A stretch of 64,000 nucleotides of DNA from assembly GCA_024346625.1 (NCBI GenBank), contig AP024668.1:372001-436000 (forward strand). Reading direction: 5' to 3'. The position numbers and the translations under genes were made by a program. Positions 58,820-64,000 of the stretch are shown piece by piece. Every line of letters starts with the position of its first letter. Positions within the stretch are counted from its first letter, which is position 1. Source of the DNA: Williopsis jadinii (Eukaryota). The notes below the pieces were generated by a model that was given only the letters and a program-made list of their open reading frames with translations, did no database searches and was not told the DNA's origin.

Positions 58820-60117
58820 AGTGCGGTCCAATTAAACCAGGTGCACATGGTCAGCATGAATTTTCTTTTAGTTGATTTATTATCTGGAATTCATGGCGCT
58901 CATGATCATACCTATGTGTGCTCTTTAGATACAGCAAAAAGGTGATGGCTGTAGAGGAGCATGAACGCATTCCTTGTGTGTATGTCTTAGTGAGATGTGA
59001 TAAGATATTTGATGAGGATGTTGCGCTCATCGTTGATGCCACGGTCGACAGACAAGTTGCACGAGGCACAGCGGACGGTGAGGTCGGCCAGAGATAGTGT
59101 GTGTGTTATTGTCCCTCAGCCGATGCATGTCTTTCTCGTGTACTCTTCTGTCTCTCGAGAGTCGTGTCCCCGTGACTTGACATTTGAAGGACAAACGTTA
59201 GTAAAAGCCGTAATATGAGCTCATCAACAAGTTCTTATTCATCCCGCGGTTTCTGCTCATGGTTACCAACTCTTGCCTTTCGAATGGTGGTAGCACGATG
59301 TTTTCGCAGGATGATGTTAGATGTCTTATGATTTTCCAATGATTGTCAGTCACTATGTTTGTTATTTCCTGTGTTGTTTGCGGCATTGCTTTGACTTCCT
59401 CGCGGACTGCATCTCGCCTATCTTCCTCTTCAACCCCATTACTTCCTCGTTGTGCAATGAGAGACGAAAGGAGTCCCCAGTGTGCTCTTCGAAGTTCAGC
59501 TTAATGTTTCCAGTTATATCGACGTCACAATACATCTTTCACTAACAGTAGGATGTAAATGGCCCCAGTAAGGGTCCTCTGAATCTTTCTTGGACGCTCC
59601 CTAGGACTTCTGTCATTATTGTTCAACCTTTTCTTCTTGGCCTTTCTTCTGTGATATTTTTAATTCTGTGTATAAAGCTGTACTGGTTTTGTGTCATTTT
59701 TGTGTTGATAAGAATTCAAAATGTAAACAGTGCAGCGGAAATTGAAAACATCCTAACATTTTTACGATTACTGAGGCAACGAAGAACCATAATTATATAT
59801 GAAATGCAACACGTTGTGATTTATTTTAAAACAGCCATTGATCGAATCAAGGTGAAAGTCAGCTTATATGATGATGTGGATATGTTCTTTTGTTTCCCTC
59901 GTCAGTTTTCCCGGTTTTTGTTGTGTTGCTGAGATATAAGCAAATTTATGCGTGTTTCTTGACTATACCATACAAACTATGAATGGTTATATTTCAGAAA
60001 GCGTTGAATGTAACATCATCATACATTGTATCTTTCATAATTCGGGTAAGAGCTACATTGTGGTATAATTTGGGGGAATTTGAAAGGGGTTTGCTATTTT
60101 TATAAGTATCATTCTAA
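58820..60117 (-). mobile_element. Decayed element copy B: Helitron-like 5' end fused to a Fanzor/TnpB remnant; 3' boundary approximate
   Basis: The reverse complement of 60117-59560 aligns with 19466-20080, for example ATATAACCATTCATAGTTTGTATGGTATA and ATGACACAA.ACCAGTACAGCTTTATACA.AGAAT. It is followed by nuclease motifs. Confidence 0.8.
58987..59532 (-). pseudogene. Fanzor2/IS607-TnpB-like RNA-guided nuclease, C-terminal (RuvC + zinc finger) half, inactivated
   Basis: Repaired translation: YCDVDITGN...LKRKIGEMQSARKSKQCRKQHRK/ITNIVTDNHWKIIRHLTSSCENIVLPPFERQELV...NKNLLMSSYYGFY*RLSFKCQVTGTRL/RETEEYTRKTCIG*GTITHTLSLADLTVRCASCNLSVDRGINDERNILIKYL. Two frameshifts and two stops. Confidence 0.88.
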
Positions 60118-60731
60118 ACTAATCATGACAACAAGAGTAATCTTAGTAGCAGTAAAATTCAAAAATATAGGAGATGAAGGGTTATGTTCTGGGAATTCTA
60201 TAAAGAAAAAATACAATGCTTCAACGAGTGCCTTTTAAACCATTATAGAGAAACACTCGAATCTTGAGGACTCATCTTTCATGTTGTTATCATATCCCAA
60301 GAAGGATGTGATCATTATAAAGTGCTATAGTAAATCACAGCTGATATAATTCAGTGATAAATCCGGAAATCGAGTCCGAAGGTCGAATATCACAGTGGTA
60401 AAGACACACGCGTGGTGAGGGATGGTCTACAACTGGCTCGTGATGAGCAGAACGTCTGGTCCCTTCCGGACTGAATGGTAGACAATATGATCCAGATAAG
60501 AAGCTTGTCAAATGTCGTTGTATGCTTCGTAAAATCTCCCCCATTAAGAAGGGCTGTAATCTTTAGGCTTGAATTGCCCATATCAGTTTTGCTGTCATTT
60601 TGCCGTGCCTTTTCGTGCCCTGACCGCAGTTTCACATTTGGCGCTAAAGCCTACAAAAGTCTACAAAAGGACGCCTTTTTGGGGCAACAGCGGTAATCCT
60701 CCCCCTAGCGATATACCGTATGATAGCGAGA

Positions 60732-60769
60732 TGGATCGGCACCACAGTGGATCGGCACCACAGTGGATC
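60732..60769 (+). repeat. 16-bp tandem duplication TGGATCGGCACCACAG x2.4
   Basis: Read directly. Confidence 0.85.
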
Positions 60770-62580
60770 TACTGATGCTGATAAGAGATAGCGCATAGAG
60801 GATTATCCGTGCAAATAATACTCTGCGTTGTAGCAGACGGTTGAGATCCAGGCATCATCAGTGGTGTCACTCGATCAGAGCATTGCTTGCTCGTAAGACG
60901 GTAGAGCCTCTCTGCTGTGAGTGTTGAACTTCATCGCACAGAGGCCTTACTCAGGTGGAGTGGCGGTTTCATGTATCTGGAACTAATTGTAGGAGAGCCA
61001 CATATTTCACCATACAACACCGGTGACGACATTCATACCTCACATTGTAGCGAAACCAGCACTGTGACAGACATCGGACGGCAGCTGTGTGGTTGTAGCT
61101 AAGACCGCGTGGTGATGGAAAGGGTGGTGTGGAGTCCTCGGCGATGAGTCGTGCAGTACACACAGTACAGTGGTGTACAAGTCAACCTGGATAGGGGGGA
61201 GAGGGTGAGGGAGGAGGTCTTTTCCCTCTGCTTATGGGAGTAACAGTGCCGTGCATTCAGTGGGTGATGCCTACATGTTGGGGTATGATGCCATGGCCGT
61301 TGTCGACTCCTTGATGCTTTCGCTTACGCCGTCTTGAAGCAATCCTTATCCTGTGTTGTTGTAGAGATAGATGCCGTTGATTTCTGCAAATCCAGCCCCT
61401 ACGGGGTAATCTGCCTAAAGGAGATGGACCTAACAACGATGCACCATTCCCTGAGCAGCACTGCGATATTATGGGTGTTTAGTCTCGGAGTGGATAGACA
61501 ATAGCAGCCAATGCACCAATCATACAACGCGGAACAAGCACCTCTACTCCACAGGCTTTGAGTGCCAAGGAGGCTCCATGTGAGGGCTGCTCCTCCGCCA
61601 CCTCGAACACAACTACAACTCCACCATCCAGGGACCTTGAGTGGTTTGTCCTTAGCGTGATAACAACTTTCTCCCCTGTACTACTTTAGCCTCACATGCA
61701 GGCTATAGCTGACAACTTCCGTGTTACAGGGCGATATGTTGATAACCAGTGGACACGCGCAGCACACGCTTCAAGCCTGGGGGGAGTGGAAATGGTGCCT
61801 CGCACGGTGGTGGCTGTAGTGGCTGTAGTGACTGTCGTGGTGACTGTAACGGTGATTGCAGTCATATTCCACCGCGCAACGGACAATTCACACCATCCAG
61901 TACAACGACACCATGGGAAGACAATCACAGAGCTCCCCGTAGCCCATTGGAACAACTACGCGTTCTATCAACACGATCATCCACTTACAAAATAAGAAAA
62001 GAAGGTTTGTCTGTCCATGCAAACGTGAAGACATATGCAGCATATGAGTCTATGGCTATCGGACTTTCTTCCGGATCAATCCTTGAGCTCGTGATCATAC
62101 ACACACAGCGCACGGGTGATGCATGGCTGTGTGTTCCGTATCCAGGCCGTCGGCACAATGATTGAAGCTTACCTTGCCACTACGGGCCTGTAGGCTACAG
62201 AAGGGCAACTTGGCGTGTGTGTTTATCTTTGTTGCTCTTTAAAGTGCCGTTGCATACGCCAATGACACCATTTACGTACGATTTGCTATCTTCAGTGGGT
62301 CCGTAAGCTTGTCAAATCTGTACGGCATTTTGCCATGATTGAATGAACTTATAGGTTGATCACCAATGTGCTCACACGAGTGCGATACCATGGATAAATG
62401 GAGGAGCGAAAGGCAGAGGTGTCGCAATGGCCAGTGGTGTGTGGGTTAGAATTGTGTATGAGAGGATTGATTGGGGAAAGGTGATCTACACGGGAAACCT
62501 ATATATAAGACATGCAATACCCATGTCCCGTTTAGCCCCGTATGGTGTAGTGCTAAGCTTCCTATTAGGTATCTCTTATC

Positions 62581-64000
62581 ATGGGTGAGTCCATCGTAGA
62601 GCCTGAAGCAAAGTGAAGACTAACACGTTTCCCTCGCTTAAGCCATTTCTGATATCTTTAAAGGCAAGAGATTCACTGCAGAGCAGCAGCGTGCTGCGTC
62701 GCAGTCTGATGTTGAGAAGAAGAATGCTTCAGAAGTCGTGGTGGAAGTTGCCAATAACAGCACTTCTGACGATGTCGCTGATCAGTATGACTCTCTAGAG
62801 GAGTACAACGCTAGATTCCCAGAGCCAACTGAAGAAGAGTACCAGACTTTGCCGAGATCCTTGGGACATGCTCCATACGCAACCTACTTGATCTGTCTGA
62901 TCGAGTTTGCAGAGAGAGCGTCGTATTACGGAGTGAAGGGTAGATTGAACAACTTCATTCAACTGCCATTGCCAGAGGGAGGCAACGGTAGTGGTGCACC
63001 ACCTTCAGGTACACAGCAAAACGCTGGGGCCTTGGGTCTCGGTTTACAGACAGCCTCTGCAATGACGCTGCTTCTCACGTTCTTTGCGTATCTGACACCA
63101 CTATGGGGTGGATACATCTCCGATAAGAGATGGGGTAGAATGAGAACCATCTGGTATGGTGTGTGGGTTGGTGCCTTTTCACATATCATCCTTATCATCG
63201 CTGCTATTCCGTCTGTGATTAGAGGAGGCCATGCCTTGGCACCAACCATCATCGCTATCCTATCACTTGCCCTGGGTACCGGTTTGATCAAGCCAAACCT
63301 GTTGCCTTTGCTGTATGACCAATATGCCCACAAGAGAGACGTTGTGGAGACAAGAGAGGACGGTTCAAGAGTCATCATTGTTAAAGAAGCATCCTTAGAA
63401 AGAATGACATTGGTTTTCTATTGGGCCATCAACGTTGGCGCTTTCCTGTCGTTGGCAACCTCCTACTGTGCAAAGAGAGTTGGATTTTGGCTTGCCTTCT
63501 TGATCCCAGGCATTGTCTATTTTATCATGGTTCCAGTTCTTTTGTTCTTGGCCCCACATCTGAAGAAGGAGACACCCAACGGAATCTCAATCATCGAAGA
63601 AGCATGCAAGGTTTTGAAAGTGGCATTCTCTGGTAACTTTATCAAGAGATTCCGAGCAAATCAGTTCTGGGAATACCCTAAACCACACAATATGGTGGAG
63701 AGGGGTGCTGTTTCATCAATTGAGGAAACAAATAAGAAGGGAAAGAAGAAAATCACCTGGACAGACCAGTTTGTCGAGGATGTCAGGGCCACCATGGACG
63801 CATGTAAGATCTTTCTCTTCTTTGTTATCTATAACATCAACGACGGAGGTATTGGTGGTATTCAGAACTCTCAAGCTGCTTCCATGACCACCAACGGTGT
63901 TCCAAACGATTTGATCGATAACTTTAACCCGTTGACCATCATTGTTCTTATCCCAATCTTGAACAACGTTGTATACCCACTTTTGAGAAGATGGGGAATC
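62581..64000 (+). CDS. PTR2: Proton-dependent oligopeptide transporter, Ptr2-like; join(62581..62584,62643..>64000); runs off the right edge
   Basis: Not in the ORF track. EFAERASYYG, GALGLGLQTA, GTGLIKPNL, FYWAINVGA. ATGG is followed by an intron GTGAGT...GACTAAC...AAG. Confidence 0.9.

Noticed and set aside
1..64000. tRNA, rRNA, spliceosomal snRNA or LTR-retrotransposon genes
   Set aside because: No convincing cloverleaf, snRNA signature or TG...CA LTR pair found by eye; a tRNAscan/Infernal run could still find something.

Overview
Budding-yeast (Saccharomycotina) nuclear DNA. CUG is read as Leu (the conserved SPT16 WLLGYEFP is encoded with CTG CTG). Short GTATGT/GTGAGT...(G/T/A)ACTAAC...AG introns are present. 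The gene content suggests a Cyberlindnera/Wickerhamomyces-like species (inference). There are about 24 protein genes: JEN2-like, ATG4, SQS1, JJJ1, CNM67-like, a hexose transporter, a 2OG-Fe(II) dioxygenase, two amino-acid permeases, SPT16, a velvet-domain protein, RCR-like, EIS1, MSN2/4-like, ELM1-like, MCH1, FBP1, PBP4, EMC4, TAN1, SEC15, an orphan, MIH1 and PTR2. The main finding is not on the ORF track: two diverged, oppositely oriented copies of one decayed mobile element (about 19.5-21.3 kb, plus strand; about 58.8-60.1 kb, minus strand) share about 550 bp of 5' end. One copy continues into a frameshifted Helitron RepHel N-terminal region and a highly structured 3' tail. The other continues into a broken but clearly recognisable Fanzor2/TnpB-type RNA-guided nuclease followed by hairpins. 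Together they suggest a Helitron family carrying a Fanzor2-type nuclease in a yeast. All family calls come from motif recognition by eye; no searches were run.
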